A stretch of DNA of 64,000 nt from the NCBI GenBank assembly GCA_964616075.1, contig CAZTRA010000001.1:49599-113598 (forward strand), in the 5' to 3' direction. The DNA comes from an uncultured Candidatus Saccharibacteria bacterium. Lineage in GTDB: Bacteria; Patescibacteriota; Minisyncoccia; Phycocordibacterales; DSPV01. The notes beneath the pieces were generated by a model. It was not told where the DNA came from. It saw nothing but the letters and a program-made list of their open reading frames with translations, and did not search any database. Made by a program: the position numbers and the translations under genes. Below are positions 1-10,092 of this stretch, one piece after another; the first letter of the stretch is position 1, and every line of letters starts with the position of its first letter.

Positions 1-7
1 TCCCTCA

Positions 8-1393
8 TTGGAACAGAAAAAACTCGACGTCGTATCGCTCACGCGATTACTGTCGCAACAACACCACTCGCATAAGTTTGCCGTGTTATTATCATCCCAT
101 CATATTCAAAAGATTTTCCTTGGCTCTATTGCTATTATTTTTTTCTTATCACTCGACACACACGCACAAACAAGTACTTCAACAACGGTTGTAACCGAAA
201 CCCTTGAAACACAGATCGACCAGCGGCGTGCGGAAATTGAAAATCTTGAAAAAGAGATCACAAAAGATCGTGAAGAAATAAACAGACTAGGAACGCAACA
301 AAAAACACTTAATGGTGAAATTAAGTTGCTTGACGTCACAAGAACAAAACTAAATAAAGAGATTTCTATAACGACGAATCGTATCGCAATCACTGATGCT
401 GAGCTTATAGACCTTGAAAATAGTATTGCAGAAAAAGAACGAAAAAAGGATCGCGCCATGCAAACAATAAGTGAAACAATACGACTCCTCCAACAGTACG
501 ATGACCAAACATTTACCGAATCTTTTCTTTCATCTGCATCTTTCTCAGACGCGTGGGAAGATATTGATATGGTCCGATCGTTGCAAGGCGCACTCAAAAA
601 ACATGTTACATCTATCACGATTATTAAAAATGATCTAGAGGGAAAACGGAGTCAGACATCAATAAAACGTGAACAACTTGCCGAACAAAAAGCAACGCTG
701 GCTGACCAAAAATCAGTTGTTGATTACACAACTAAAGAAAAAAATAATTTACTAAAAACAGTAAAAAATAAAGAATCTCAATATCAAAAATTATTACGGG
801 AGAAACTTGCAAAAAAAGAAGCGTTTGAGCGTGAATTGTTACAATTTGAAGCGGAACTCCGTTTTATTACCGACCCTTCAGCTATACCCGCACCACGACC
901 AGGCATGCTGCAATGGCCACTCTCTTCTGTAAAAATTACTCAACAATTTGGAGATACCGCCTTCGCCCGAGCTCATACCAATGTATATAACGGCAAAGGA
1001 CATAACGGTATTGATTTAGGAGCGCCTATTGGTACACCGATCCTTGCCGCAGAAGATGGTGTTATCGAATCCATCGGTGACACTGACGCAGTATGCCCAG
1101 GTGCTTCATACGGAAAATGGGTACTCATACGCCACAAAAACGGTCTCTCTAGTTTATACGCACATCTCTCTATAATAAAAGTAACAACTAATGATACTAT
1201 TTCAGCAGGGCAGACTATCGGATACATTGGCATGACTGGCTACACCACAGGTCCTCACCTTCATTTCACTGTATACGCAACAGAAGGTGTGAAAGTGATG
1301 GATCGACAAAGTAAGGTATGTGGTGGAAGTTATCGCATGCCTATTGCCGACTTACGCGCATACTTAAATCCACTTTTATATTTGCCCACCTAA
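8..1393 (+). CDS. M23 family peptidoglycan metalloendopeptidase with N-terminal coiled-coil (EnvC/NlpD-like). ORF begins at window edge with a TTG; true start uncertain.
   Basis: HNGIDLGAPIGTPI and GPHLHFTVY motifs (M23 HxxxD / HxH); long K/E/L-rich coiled-coil; hydrophobic signal-like segment near residues 35-50. Confidence 0.8.
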   Translation: MEQKKLDVVSLTRLLSQQHHSHKFAVLLSSHHIQKIFLGSIAIIFFLSLDTHAQTSTSTTVVTETLETQIDQRRAEIENLEKEITKDREEINRLGTQQKTLNGEIKLLDVTRTKLNKEISITTNRIAITDAELIDLENSIAEKERKKDRAMQTISETIRLLQQYDDQTFTESFLSSASFSDAWEDIDMVRSLQGALKKHVTSITIIKNDLEGKRSQTSIKREQLAEQKATLADQKSVVDYTTKEKNNLLKTVKNKESQYQKLLREKLAKKEAFERELLQFEAELRFITDPSAIPAPRPGMLQWPLSSVKITQQFGDTAFARAHTNVYNGKGHNGIDLGAPIGTPILAAEDGVIESIGDTDAVCPGASYGKWVLIRHKNGLSSLYAHLSIIKVTTNDTISAGQTIGYIGMTGYTTGPHLHFTVYATEGVKVMDRQSKVCGGSYRMPIADLRAYLNPLLYLPT

Positions 1394-1433
1394 TAAAAAT
1401 AAAAGGACTTTACTTGATTTTTTAAAGTAAAAC

Positions 1434-1751
1434 ATGCTCCACAACAACATGAAAGAAGGCCAGCGCGGTTTTATAAAACTCCTTGTGATCATTGTTATTG
1501 CTATTGGCGCGCTGTGGTATTTCAAAATTGATGTACGAGGAATTGTTGGCATCGAATCTGCATATCGGTACAAATACGTCTGGCGTGCACATATCGATAA
1601 TTTTTGGTACGGAATCCAAGTATGGTACGAACATCAATCGAAAAGCAGTAAACCACTCCAATGGTTTCAAGAACGTGTGAATGATGTCATACGGTCACGA
1701 GAAGGAACACCCATACTCATACGCGACACATCATCGACAAACAAAATATAA
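1434..1751 (+). CDS. hypothetical small membrane protein
   Basis: ORF with N-terminal TM helix (LLVIIVIAIGALWYF); no recognisable family. Confidence 0.3.
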   Translation: MLHNNMKEGQRGFIKLLVIIVIAIGALWYFKIDVRGIVGIESAYRYKYVWRAHIDNFWYGIQVWYEHQSKSSKPLQWFQERVNDVIRSREGTPILIRDTSSTNKI

Positions 1752-1871
1752 AATAAAAGCTCCCGCACGCTTTATATACTATACATGTCGCAAAAGATAT
1801 ATTGTGCGACGTTAAGATATATGTTTATTCCCGCCAAGTGTGAATTCCCTCTTCATTCCATTCATTGCCCA

Positions 1872-1916
<45 letters not shown>

Positions 1917-1982
1917 TTTTGACCGCCTGCGGCGGAATTCAAGGGATCAAAAGACCCAGGAATTCAAGACCTCAGGGATCGA

Positions 1983-2870
1983 TTACTGCGGGAGGAAGGC
2001 CGACGAGGAACCGCACTCGCCGTAGGTATGGTTTAACCAGCAGGCGTCGAACTTCACCAGGTCGGCGCCGAAGCTGAAGAGCGGCGTGGCCGCGAAGTTG
2101 CCAACGGCCTCCGGAGCGTATTCGTCACCGGCGCAGTTGATGTAGAGATCGTCGCAGTGCATCAGACGCTCAGGGTGAGTGAGCAACATGATCCCAACCG
2201 CGAAGGCGCCGAGTCCGAACTCGTTGGACACGAAGACCTCGCGAGCACGGCGAACGGAGCGTCCCCGATGACGGATGCCGAACTGGGCAGCCACCACGAG
2301 GATGTCGTGATCCTTCTGCTCGTCGCCGAGCGTCTGGAACATCTTCTCCGCCCGAGTCGACTGCTTGAGCCAATCGGGGCCGAGTTCGCCTTCGCACCTG
2401 TTCTTGAACTTGCCGTTGCGCGTCTCACTGATCTTCGCGAGCACCTTCTCCACGGCTCCACCGTAGGTCAAGGCGATCTTTTGCCACTTCGGGATGGCGA
2501 ACCACCCTTCGGCATTCGTCGGGACCGGCCGTTCGGCCAGCTTCTCGTCGGCGAAACCGACGCTCGGGAACAGTTGCCGCAGGATGTTCGTCTGCTCGGT
2601 GATGCCCTTCGGCTTGTAACCGGACAGGTATCTGTAGGTGGATTGCACTTCCTCGTTCTTGAACTTGTCGGAGACCGACAGGTCCTTCAGCGAGGTGATG
2701 GCGGCCGTGCGGATGGCCTCGGCGAATTCGTCGCCGTGTTCGATGACGCGTTGTGCGCCGAATTTGTCGAGGCCGAGCTCAGCGAGAACCTTCTCAATGG
2801 TGTCGGAACCGAACCGGTTGATCTGCTTGACCTGACCGGTCGTTGCTGCTGTCTGAGTAATCGCGTTCAT
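1983..2870 (-). CDS. hypothetical protein encoded on a ~60 % GC segment (foreign-composition insert)
   Basis: 295-aa ORF with diverse composition; RBS ggaga 7 nt upstream of ATG; terminator downstream; plus-strand ORF 2157..2897 is an Arg/Leu/Ala-rich antisense artefact. Confidence 0.6.
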   Translation of the reverse strand: MNAITQTAATTGQVKQINRFGSDTIEKVLAELGLDKFGAQRVIEHGDEFAEAIRTAAITSLKDLSVSDKFKNEEVQSTYRYLSGYKPKGITEQTNILRQLFPSVGFADEKLAERPVPTNAEGWFAIPKWQKIALTYGGAVEKVLAKISETRNGKFKNRCEGELGPDWLKQSTRAEKMFQTLGDEQKDHDILVVAAQFGIRHRGRSVRRAREVFVSNEFGLGAFAVGIMLLTHPERLMHCDDLYINCAGDEYAPEAVGNFAATPLFSFGADLVKFDACWLNHTYGECGSSSAFLPQ

Positions 2871-3075
2871 TGCGTTATCTCCTTTTGGATTTCCTGAACC
2901 GCTCAGGTAACGGATTGCCTCACCGCTTCCTTAATTCAAAGAGCGTTCTTTAGCAGTAGAACAAACTCATAGGGACTTGTCAAGTAGTAGGTTTCGTGCC
3001 TAATGCCCTAATTACAATCTGGAATTCCATCAATTTTGCGTGCTCCTTTCTCGTTGTTTTTTTGAATCGTCCCTA

Positions 3076-3116
3076 TAATATAAACAAACCCCCGCAACAT
3101 AAGCGGAGGTTTGTTT
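3076..3116. repeat. long near-perfect hairpin (16-bp stem, 1 mismatch) ataaacaaacccccgc / gcggaggtttgtttat
   Basis: inverted repeat read directly; no adjacent T-run so not a classical terminator. Confidence 0.5.
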
Positions 3117-3164
3117 ATATAGGGACCATGGTCGCAAGATCCTTTTCCGTAATCGAAAAAAAGA

Positions 3165-3686
3165 TTAACTCTGATCTGCCCAGCAATGCTGAGAAGCTTT
3201 CCATGGCTTAGAACCTTGTATCTCGTACAAGTAACGGGCGTAGGCCATATTTCCTCGAATCGAATAAATATCAAATCCAAGTTGTGTAGCCCGTTCACTG
3301 TGATATCGTTCGTTGATTTGCATCACACCAACATCACCTGTATTTACTTTGCCGCGTAGAACACTCCCATCTTTGTTATGATGTCTGTAAGAAGACTCAC
3401 AGAAGGCAATCGCAGCAAGCACAGGCGTATCCTCAAAATATGTTTCAACATATTCTTTTCGGAGAGAGAACGGTTTATTTGTATCAAGCGTTGCCACAGA
3501 AACAAATGAGATCTGCTCCTCCGTATCTCGTGATAACTCACGACCATCACCGACAACTTCTACCACACCAAGATCCGCAACCAACGTCGTCGTGCCAACC
3601 ATTAGAGGCATCGCATACGGTGCGGTAGTTGATGCAGACGACGCCACAAACGCGAGACCAACAAACAAATCTTTTATAAAATTCAT
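3165..3686 (-). CDS. secreted lytic transglycosylase-like protein (SLT domain)
   Basis: signal peptide; CESSYR ... GVMQINERYH ... AYARYL pattern resembling SLT family E-S / G-MQ / AYN motifs. Confidence 0.55.
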   Translation of the reverse strand: MNFIKDLFVGLAFVASSASTTAPYAMPLMVGTTTLVADLGVVEVVGDGRELSRDTEEQISFVSVATLDTNKPFSLRKEYVETYFEDTPVLAAIAFCESSYRHHNKDGSVLRGKVNTGDVGVMQINERYHSERATQLGFDIYSIRGNMAYARYLYEIQGSKPWKASQHCWADQS

Positions 3687-3808
3687 AGTATAAAGGTGAT
3701 TAACAAGCGAGAAAGCTTCCGATACCTATAAACGAAAAACCAGAGCCTTGACTCTGATTTACATCTTCAGTATAGCATTTTAAATAAATACTGTCAATAC
3801 TTTTGAGA

Positions 3809-3851
3809 CAAAAAAAAGCATTTATATGCTCTTGTAGAGCCATATAAATGC
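3809..3851 (-). terminator. rho-independent terminator for gene 3907..4701
   Basis: 11-bp stem gcatttatatg/catataaatgc with A-run on plus side (T-run on minus). Confidence 0.5.
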
Positions 3852-3906
3852 ACACAAAAAAATACCTTTTGTGAAGAGTCGGAAAGGGAGTCTTCTTCCT
3901 TACCCT

Positions 3907-4701
3907 CTATATCGACCGAAAGAGAATCTCAAATTGCTTCCCTTCTCCTTCTGCAAGAGAAAAATCGATGGGACTAAACAAAACGTGTTGATCCGTTACT
4001 GGTAGTGGTTGCAATATATATCGCCCCGGAGGCAAACTGACTTTAAAAACACCGTTTTCTGTTGACTCAACTGTTTTAACGATTGTGTTATCCTGAAAAA
4101 CTCCAAACAAAGCACTGTACGGACGCACACAATCAGACACCCTACCCTCTTGCCTTTTTTCAGCTTCTTCACATGAAACCGTGAGCAACGTAACCCCACT
4201 CACACTTGAAAAAGAATTTCCCTCTTCATATTGGTTAATTAAACTGAGACTGGCAACTTTCTCTTTTTCAAAAAAACTACGGATACCAAACGTATTGGTA
4301 GTATACGCCAAAGCACACACCAACAGAGTCAATATGGCATACAATACGAGTATTTGTGTATTGATACGATGTCGGACAATAATCATTTGGTCGCCATACA
4401 ACCGTTCCCACATTCGAACACCTTGTACTGCACCGACAATAACGCCTAAAGCGACAAAAATAATGTACACATAATCGAATGGATCATTTGAGTTATATAC
4501 GTACCCCAAACCATCAGGTATACCTCCTATGAGAGAGTCAGCTTCAAGAATAGATAAATATGCCAACTCAGCGGACCATGCCACCATTCCGCTAATAATC
4601 ACACTAAGACCAATAAAAAGAAGTATGTAGAGACTTTTTTTCATGAATACTATAGTACCACACAACGATATTTCTTTTTTTACTGAAGAGAACCAAAACA
4701 T
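3907..4701 (-). CDS. hypothetical membrane-anchored protein with C-terminal beta-rich domain
   Basis: two N-terminal TM segments; no family recognised. Confidence 0.45.
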   Translation of the reverse strand: MFWFSSVKKEISLCGTIVFMKKSLYILLFIGLSVIISGMVAWSAELAYLSILEADSLIGGIPDGLGYVYNSNDPFDYVYIIFVALGVIVGAVQGVRMWERLYGDQMIIVRHRINTQILVLYAILTLLVCALAYTTNTFGIRSFFEKEKVASLSLINQYEEGNSFSSVSGVTLLTVSCEEAEKRQEGRVSDCVRPYSALFGVFQDNTIVKTVESTENGVFKVSLPPGRYILQPLPVTDQHVLFSPIDFSLAEGEGKQFEILFRSI

Positions 4702-5192
4702 GCGGCAGATCGTACATATCCTGCCGACTGAGCTGCCGCCTCTGACATAAAAGTAACTCGATTTTCAGGCTTAATCCGACGAACTTGGGCACACCACGGT
4801 AAATAATAAGTCGTCCCCTTTTTGCTCGCCACAACACCCTGATTCTCCACACTGACCGATGAGGTATATACATTAGCGATAAACTCACTATCAGGTGACC
4901 TAGTGACTACTCCCTCCGAAAGAGAGGGTATCGAAAATACTACACGAGCATAATTATCTCGTGCCGAAAGATGTCCCAAGAAAAAAGAGGCAAGTCCTGT
5001 ACCAAGCACTAAAAAAATCATATACCCACGGCCATGAATAGCATTTTTTATTATAAAACCGATAGTCTTGCGCTCTCCATATTCATCATGTATACTCACA
5101 ATACTGTCATTATAGCAAGCAAAACAATACTTCTTCCATGGCATCAACAAAATCCGGCGGAACAGCCAAAAACCTAAACGATTCAAACCCAA
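4680..5192 (-). CDS. hypothetical protein; start probably internal, since the listed ORF overlaps its neighbour
   Basis: ORF only; TM segment MIFLVLGTGLASFFLG. Confidence 0.35.
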   Translation of the reverse strand: MGLNRLGFWLFRRILLMPWKKYCFACYNDSIVSIHDEYGERKTIGFIIKNAIHGRGYMIFLVLGTGLASFFLGHLSARDNYARVVFSIPSLSEGVVTRSPDSEFIANVYTSSVSVENQGVVASKKGTTYYLPWCAQVRRIKPENRVTFMSEAAAQSAGYVRSAACFGSLQ

Positions 5193-5500
5193 AATACTTG
5201 GGTATTAAACTATACGATGGCGAATTTGCTAGCGTTGGATCTGTTATTGTTCGACAACGCGGCACGCGTATTTTGCCTGGTAAAAATGTTGGGATGGGCA
5301 AAGACCATACACTGTTTGCCCTTAACCAAGGAATCATCGCGTATGGCCAAAAACGAATGACTCGTTTTGATAACACCACATCAATAAAACGAGTAGTACA
5401 CATAGTTGATGTTGAGGCAAAAAACAAACAAGAAAAGCAAGCTGCAAAAAAACAATCAGAAAAAATTGTTAAACCAACAAAACGTTCCGTTACCTCGTAA
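5138..5500 (+). CDS. rpmA: 50S ribosomal protein L27 (with C-terminal extension)
   Basis: N-terminus MASTKSGGTAKNLNDSNPKYLGIKLYDGE ... VRQRGT...G.NVG.GKDHTLFA matches the L27 signature. Confidence 0.9.
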   Translation: MASTKSGGTAKNLNDSNPKYLGIKLYDGEFASVGSVIVRQRGTRILPGKNVGMGKDHTLFALNQGIIAYGQKRMTRFDNTTSIKRVVHIVDVEAKNKQEKQAAKKQSEKIVKPTKRSVTS

Positions 5501-5540
5501 CTAAACAAAAAACACCGACTCGTCGGTGCTTTTTGTTTAG
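5501..5540. terminator. bidirectional hairpin terminator after rpmA
   Basis: palindrome ctaaacaaaaaacaccgactcgtcggtgctttttgtttag. Confidence 0.6.
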
Positions 5541-5721
5541 TTACATTGCGATATAATATTTCCCTTCTTCTGAGCAGGTAACAGAGCTTCTAAATCTTCA
5601 TATGTTACATCAGCTGACACAACCGCAATAGAAAAACCTTCCTGCTGCAATAAGTGAGCAAGTGAATCTGTTGGTTCTTTTCTCTGTAGTATACCCTCCT
5701 CCATAACACAATAACTCTAAC

Positions 5722-6168
5722 CTACGTGCGTGCGTTAACCTTAATCGTTATCGCACCCTTCTTGCCAGCGACGCTTATATGAATACGATATTCACCAACC
5801 GACTTAATCGGCGTTTCAATAACAATATGTCGCGGCTCAAAGACAACCTTATATATTGAAGCAATTGCGTCAACAATATCCTGCTCATGAACTGCAGCAA
5901 AAAGATGACCTTGCTCATTTGCCTGACGTTCAAGTACCACTTCCTCCCCATTCACTTTTGAGACTTCCTTGGCCACAAGTACTTCAGCAGCTGCACGTTT
6001 TGCCTCATTCTCAGCACGTGCACGCTCAACACGTGCCACAGCAGATGGTGTCGCTGCAATAGCTGCTCCTTGAGGAATAAGTGCATTTAAAGCATATCCA
6101 TCAGCAACTTCTTTAATGTCATGTTTACGACCAACTTTTGCAATATCGTGCATCAATATAACTTTCAT
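5722..6168 (-). CDS. rplI: 50S ribosomal protein L9
   Basis: MKVILMHDIAKVGRKHDIKEVADGYALNALIPQGAA resembles the L9 N-domain. Confidence 0.85.
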   Translation of the reverse strand: MKVILMHDIAKVGRKHDIKEVADGYALNALIPQGAAIAATPSAVARVERARAENEAKRAAAEVLVAKEVSKVNGEEVVLERQANEQGHLFAAVHEQDIVDAIASIYKVVFEPRHIVIETPIKSVGEYRIHISVAGKKGAITIKVNART

Positions 6169-6243
6169 ACTGTTTGAAATAACAATTTTCTAACGTATAA
6201 CAGGCTCATCGTAACCCATTTTCAAAGGCTCTACAAATAGTGT

Positions 6244-7539
6244 CTATTTTAAAGGTGTCGTATTCACTGTTTTTGGAATAATACCTTTTTTCAAAAAATC
6301 CACGGCGGCCTCCATTTGAGCGTCAAAACGTTTATCAATATCTTCTTTAGTAAGAGGTATCTCATAATCAGGAACAAGGCCGTTTCCACTAATGGAAACT
6401 CCATTTGGTGTCAACCAACGAGCAATAGTGAGTTTAAGAGCAGTATCTGGAGTGATAGATATTAACTCCTGAACGGACCCCTTGCCAAAAGTTCTAGTTC
6501 CAATAAGTTTTGCTCGACCATGATCACGAAGCGCACCTGCAAAAATTTCAGATGCGGAAGCTGAACCACCATCAACCAATACGACTATCTTTATCGAATC
6601 ACCAAATGCATCATACCCTTTACTCCTGAATATTTCAGCTGTTCCCTTCCCACCACGGTCTTCAGAAACAACCACAGCCCCTTGCGGCAAAAACCAACTT
6701 GCCATTTCAATCGCCGCTTCAAGATACCCTCCAGGATTAGAACGGAGATCAATCACCAACTTATCACTACCAGAGACAATAAAATCACGAAGTGCTTCAC
6801 GGAATTGATCGAGTACCACCCCTGAAAAATTATAAATTCGTATCACAAACACCTTATCATCCCTCAACATACCCTCAACAGTGGGCACTGAAATAGTGTC
6901 GCGTACAATTGAAACTTCAAATGGGTCTTTAATACCTTCACGATACACAGTTAAGCGAACTATCGTACCCTTCTTTCCTCTAATACGCCTGACAGCTTCG
7001 TCTACGGACATACCAGCAGTGACGGTATCATCAATTTTAAGAATTTTATCACCCGTCCTCATTCCCGCTCGCTCAGCTGGATTACCTTTAAGTGGTGCCA
7101 CAACTGTCACAATCGCATCCTTCATGCCAACCTCCATACCTACACCCTCAAACTGACCACTTACCTGTTCTTCAAAATCTTTCTTTTCTACAGGTGGAAA
7201 AAACACGGTATACGGATCATGTAGAGACGCAGCGAGACCCGCAATCGCACCGTACACCTTCTCTTGATCACTCGTTGTTGTAGCGGTAACAACAAATCGA
7301 TCATTGATAACATTCCATGCTTTCCAAAACGCTTCAAAATCAACTACCCCTTCTACGGGCCCATCTTTGTTAATAAGCCCAGAAATAGTATCCTTTTCTG
7401 ATCGAACAGATTTTTGTCCAAATGAATACCCAAGAGCTCCAACGCCAAACAACACACAAAGCGTAATCAATACGAGAGGCAACGTTCGTCCTATCCGAGC
7501 ATGAGAGTCTGTGGCAAAAAACATACGCATAGAGAACAT
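6244..7539 (-). CDS. S41 family C-terminal processing peptidase with PDZ domain
   Basis: N-terminal TM; PDZ-like segment; GGSASASEIFAGAL S41 catalytic-region pattern. Confidence 0.85.
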   Translation of the reverse strand: MFSMRMFFATDSHARIGRTLPLVLITLCVLFGVGALGYSFGQKSVRSEKDTISGLINKDGPVEGVVDFEAFWKAWNVINDRFVVTATTTSDQEKVYGAIAGLAASLHDPYTVFFPPVEKKDFEEQVSGQFEGVGMEVGMKDAIVTVVAPLKGNPAERAGMRTGDKILKIDDTVTAGMSVDEAVRRIRGKKGTIVRLTVYREGIKDPFEVSIVRDTISVPTVEGMLRDDKVFVIRIYNFSGVVLDQFREALRDFIVSGSDKLVIDLRSNPGGYLEAAIEMASWFLPQGAVVVSEDRGGKGTAEIFRSKGYDAFGDSIKIVVLVDGGSASASEIFAGALRDHGRAKLIGTRTFGKGSVQELISITPDTALKLTIARWLTPNGVSISGNGLVPDYEIPLTKEDIDKRFDAQMEAAVDFLKKGIIPKTVNTTPLK

Positions 7540-7597
7540 TATCGCAGGTAGTAACTTGTCTGGTCAATAAAACGACATATGACGCGTGGTATAATGA

Positions 7598-8530
7598 GTG
7601 TACAATTTACACCATATGGTTCACCGTCGTACCTATAAAGACATCGTGTGGATTGATCTGGAATCCCCGACCGCATCTGAAGTGCGGCCGCTCATTAAGA
7701 CTTACAACATTCATCCACTCGTCGCTGATGAACTCATACGTCCCTCACTAAAACCAAAGGTTGATTTCTATGGCGAACACATTTACTGCATCTTGCACTT
7801 CCCAGCTCTCAAGCACAGCCACAATGGATCTCCTGATCAAGAAATTGATTTTGTCATTGGTAAAAATTTTCTCATTACTACCCACTACGACACGATCGAC
7901 CCTTTACACAAATTCTCAAAAATATTTGAAGTAAATTCAACCCTCGACAAAAACACTATGGGTGATCACGCAGGTTACATCTTCTACTACATGCTTAAAC
8001 GTTTGTACCGTTCCGCACACCACGAACTTGAGCGTATCAATACGACACTTCGTTCAATTGAAGAAGCAATATTTAAAGGAAAAGAACGTGACATGGTTAT
8101 TGAGCTATCAAAAATAGCACGTGACATGCTCACGATAAAACGCACACTGGCACTCCATCAAAACGTACTGGCATCACTCCACCAACCGTGCAATATACTT
8201 TTTGGTGCAGAATATGACTTTTACCTTCGTGATATGGAAAGTGAATATACCAAAGTCAATTATGCACTCAATAGCGAATCAGAATTTTTATACGAACTAC
8301 GCAGTACAAATGATTCACTTCTTTCAACAAAACAAAATGAAATAACTAAAACTCTCACACTAATAGCACTTATGGTACTCCCCGCATCCCTCATCGCGAC
8401 AATTTTTTCTATGCGGACAGAGCACCTCCCTATTGTGGGAACCCCCTATGATTTTGTATTAATACTTGGTGTTATGATTGCCGCTGGACTCAGCGCCTTC
8501 CTCATCTTTAAACAAAAAAAATGGCTCTAA
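7598..8530 (+). CDS. CorA-family divalent cation transporter homolog with a variant (SMR) in place of the GMN motif
   Basis: N-terminal CorA-like domain; C-terminal two TM helices ending FKQKKWL as in CorA; motif position reads ATIFSMRTE instead of AGIYGMNFE. Confidence 0.6.
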   Translation: MYNLHHMVHRRTYKDIVWIDLESPTASEVRPLIKTYNIHPLVADELIRPSLKPKVDFYGEHIYCILHFPALKHSHNGSPDQEIDFVIGKNFLITTHYDTIDPLHKFSKIFEVNSTLDKNTMGDHAGYIFYYMLKRLYRSAHHELERINTTLRSIEEAIFKGKERDMVIELSKIARDMLTIKRTLALHQNVLASLHQPCNILFGAEYDFYLRDMESEYTKVNYALNSESEFLYELRSTNDSLLSTKQNEITKTLTLIALMVLPASLIATIFSMRTEHLPIVGTPYDFVLILGVMIAAGLSAFLIFKQKKWL

Positions 8531-10002
8531 TAGACTTTTTTACTGGTAAAAAGACGTTCAAAAGAGAACCGCCTCGAGGAGATGTGCGGCTCTATAACAC
8601 CAAAACAGGACAAAAGGAACCAGTCTCTGTACTTACGCCACCTACCGTCCGCATGTACAACTGCGGACCGACTGTATATGCGCAGGCACACATTGGAAAC
8701 TTACGGGCCTATGTCTTCGCTGACATCCTAAAACGGACATTACTACAAGCTGGTTTTACTATTGATCAGGTCATAAACATTACCGATGTCGGTCATCTAA
8801 CGTCAGACAACGACGAGGGAGCTGACAAAATGGAAGAGGGTGCAAAAAAGGCTGGAAAATCAGCACGCGAAATTGCCCATACCTACACTGACCTCTTCAT
8901 GAAAGATCTTTCGGCACTCAATATTCTTACTGAGGACATTTCATTTCCAAAAGCAACAGACCATATTGGCGAACAAATCGCCCTCATACAAACTTTAGTT
9001 GAAAAAGGATATACATACAAAACATCAGACGGCATATACTTCGACTCTTCCCTTTTTAAAACATACGGATCACTAGGAGGTATTAATCTCACAGGCATCA
9101 AAGAAGGCGCCCGCGTGGAGAAAAACCCAGAAAAAAAACATCCGACTGATTTTGCGTTGTGGAAATTTTCTACCCCAGAAGAAAAACGTCAACAAGAATG
9201 GTTGTCACCATGGGGTGTTGGATTCCCCGGGTGGCACATCGAATGTTCAGCTATGGCAATGAAATATTTAGGCTCAACATTAGACATACATACCGGCGGT
9301 ATCGATCATATTCCAGTGCACCACAACAATGAGATTGCCCAATCAGAGGCAGCAACAGGCCGTACCTTTGCTCGTTTCTGGCTTCATAGTGAACACCTAA
9401 TGATTGAAGGAAGAAAAATCAGTAAATCGCTTGGAAATACTATTACTATCGACCAACTTATAGATCGAGGTATAAGTCCGCTCGCCTACCGCTACTTCCT
9501 TCTCACCGGACATTACCGCTCAAAAATGAACTTCACATGGGAGGCCCTTGAGGGAAGCGCCGCTGCACTATTTCGCTTACGTAAATACTTTGTCGAACAA
9601 CTTAGTAAGGCAAAAAAACACGCCGAAGTAGACAAAAAAGCCCTAACCACCTTCACGACCTACATGAATGATGACCTAGACACACCTAAAGCAGTAGCTT
9701 TCATGTGGGAGTATGTAAAAAATAACACAATTGACCCCGCAACAAAACGGGCAACACTCTCTACCATGGATGAATGGCTTGGCCTAGGTATCCTTGAGTC
9801 TGATGTCATACTCTCCACAATGCACAACAGCACTGTCCCTACCGAGCAAGACGAGGAAATAAAAACACTCCTGGAAAAACGGGAAACGGCACGCAAGAAC
9901 AAAGACTGGAAAGAGGCCGATAGAATCCGCACATTCATTAATGCAAAAGGCTTTGAGATTATTGATAGTCCGCACGGACAAACACTCGAACCCAAAAAAT
10001 AG
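8521..10002 (+). CDS. cysS: cysteinyl-tRNA synthetase
   Basis: HIGH motif region (YNCGPTVYAQAHIGN) and KMSKS (KISKSLGN). Confidence 0.95.
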   Translation: MALIDFFTGKKTFKREPPRGDVRLYNTKTGQKEPVSVLTPPTVRMYNCGPTVYAQAHIGNLRAYVFADILKRTLLQAGFTIDQVINITDVGHLTSDNDEGADKMEEGAKKAGKSAREIAHTYTDLFMKDLSALNILTEDISFPKATDHIGEQIALIQTLVEKGYTYKTSDGIYFDSSLFKTYGSLGGINLTGIKEGARVEKNPEKKHPTDFALWKFSTPEEKRQQEWLSPWGVGFPGWHIECSAMAMKYLGSTLDIHTGGIDHIPVHHNNEIAQSEAATGRTFARFWLHSEHLMIEGRKISKSLGNTITIDQLIDRGISPLAYRYFLLTGHYRSKMNFTWEALEGSAAALFRLRKYFVEQLSKAKKHAEVDKKALTTFTTYMNDDLDTPKAVAFMWEYVKNNTIDPATKRATLSTMDEWLGLGILESDVILSTMHNSTVPTEQDEEIKTLLEKRETARKNKDWKEADRIRTFINAKGFEIIDSPHGQTLEPKK

Positions 10003-10092
10003 ACTCTTCCACATGTTGGTCACACGTTTTGCACCAAACTCAACCTTCACGCAAGAGACAGGTACGCAGAGCATTGTTACAATACGCAGACG

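Noticed and set aside
106-618. 170-aa minus-strand ORF inside the M23 peptidase gene
   Set aside because: Ser-rich antisense of the coiled-coil region; no support.
2157-2897. 246-aa plus-strand ORF across the high-GC segment
   Set aside because: Arg/Leu/Ala-rich, as expected for antisense of a GC-rich gene. The minus-strand ORF has an RBS, a terminator and protein-like composition.
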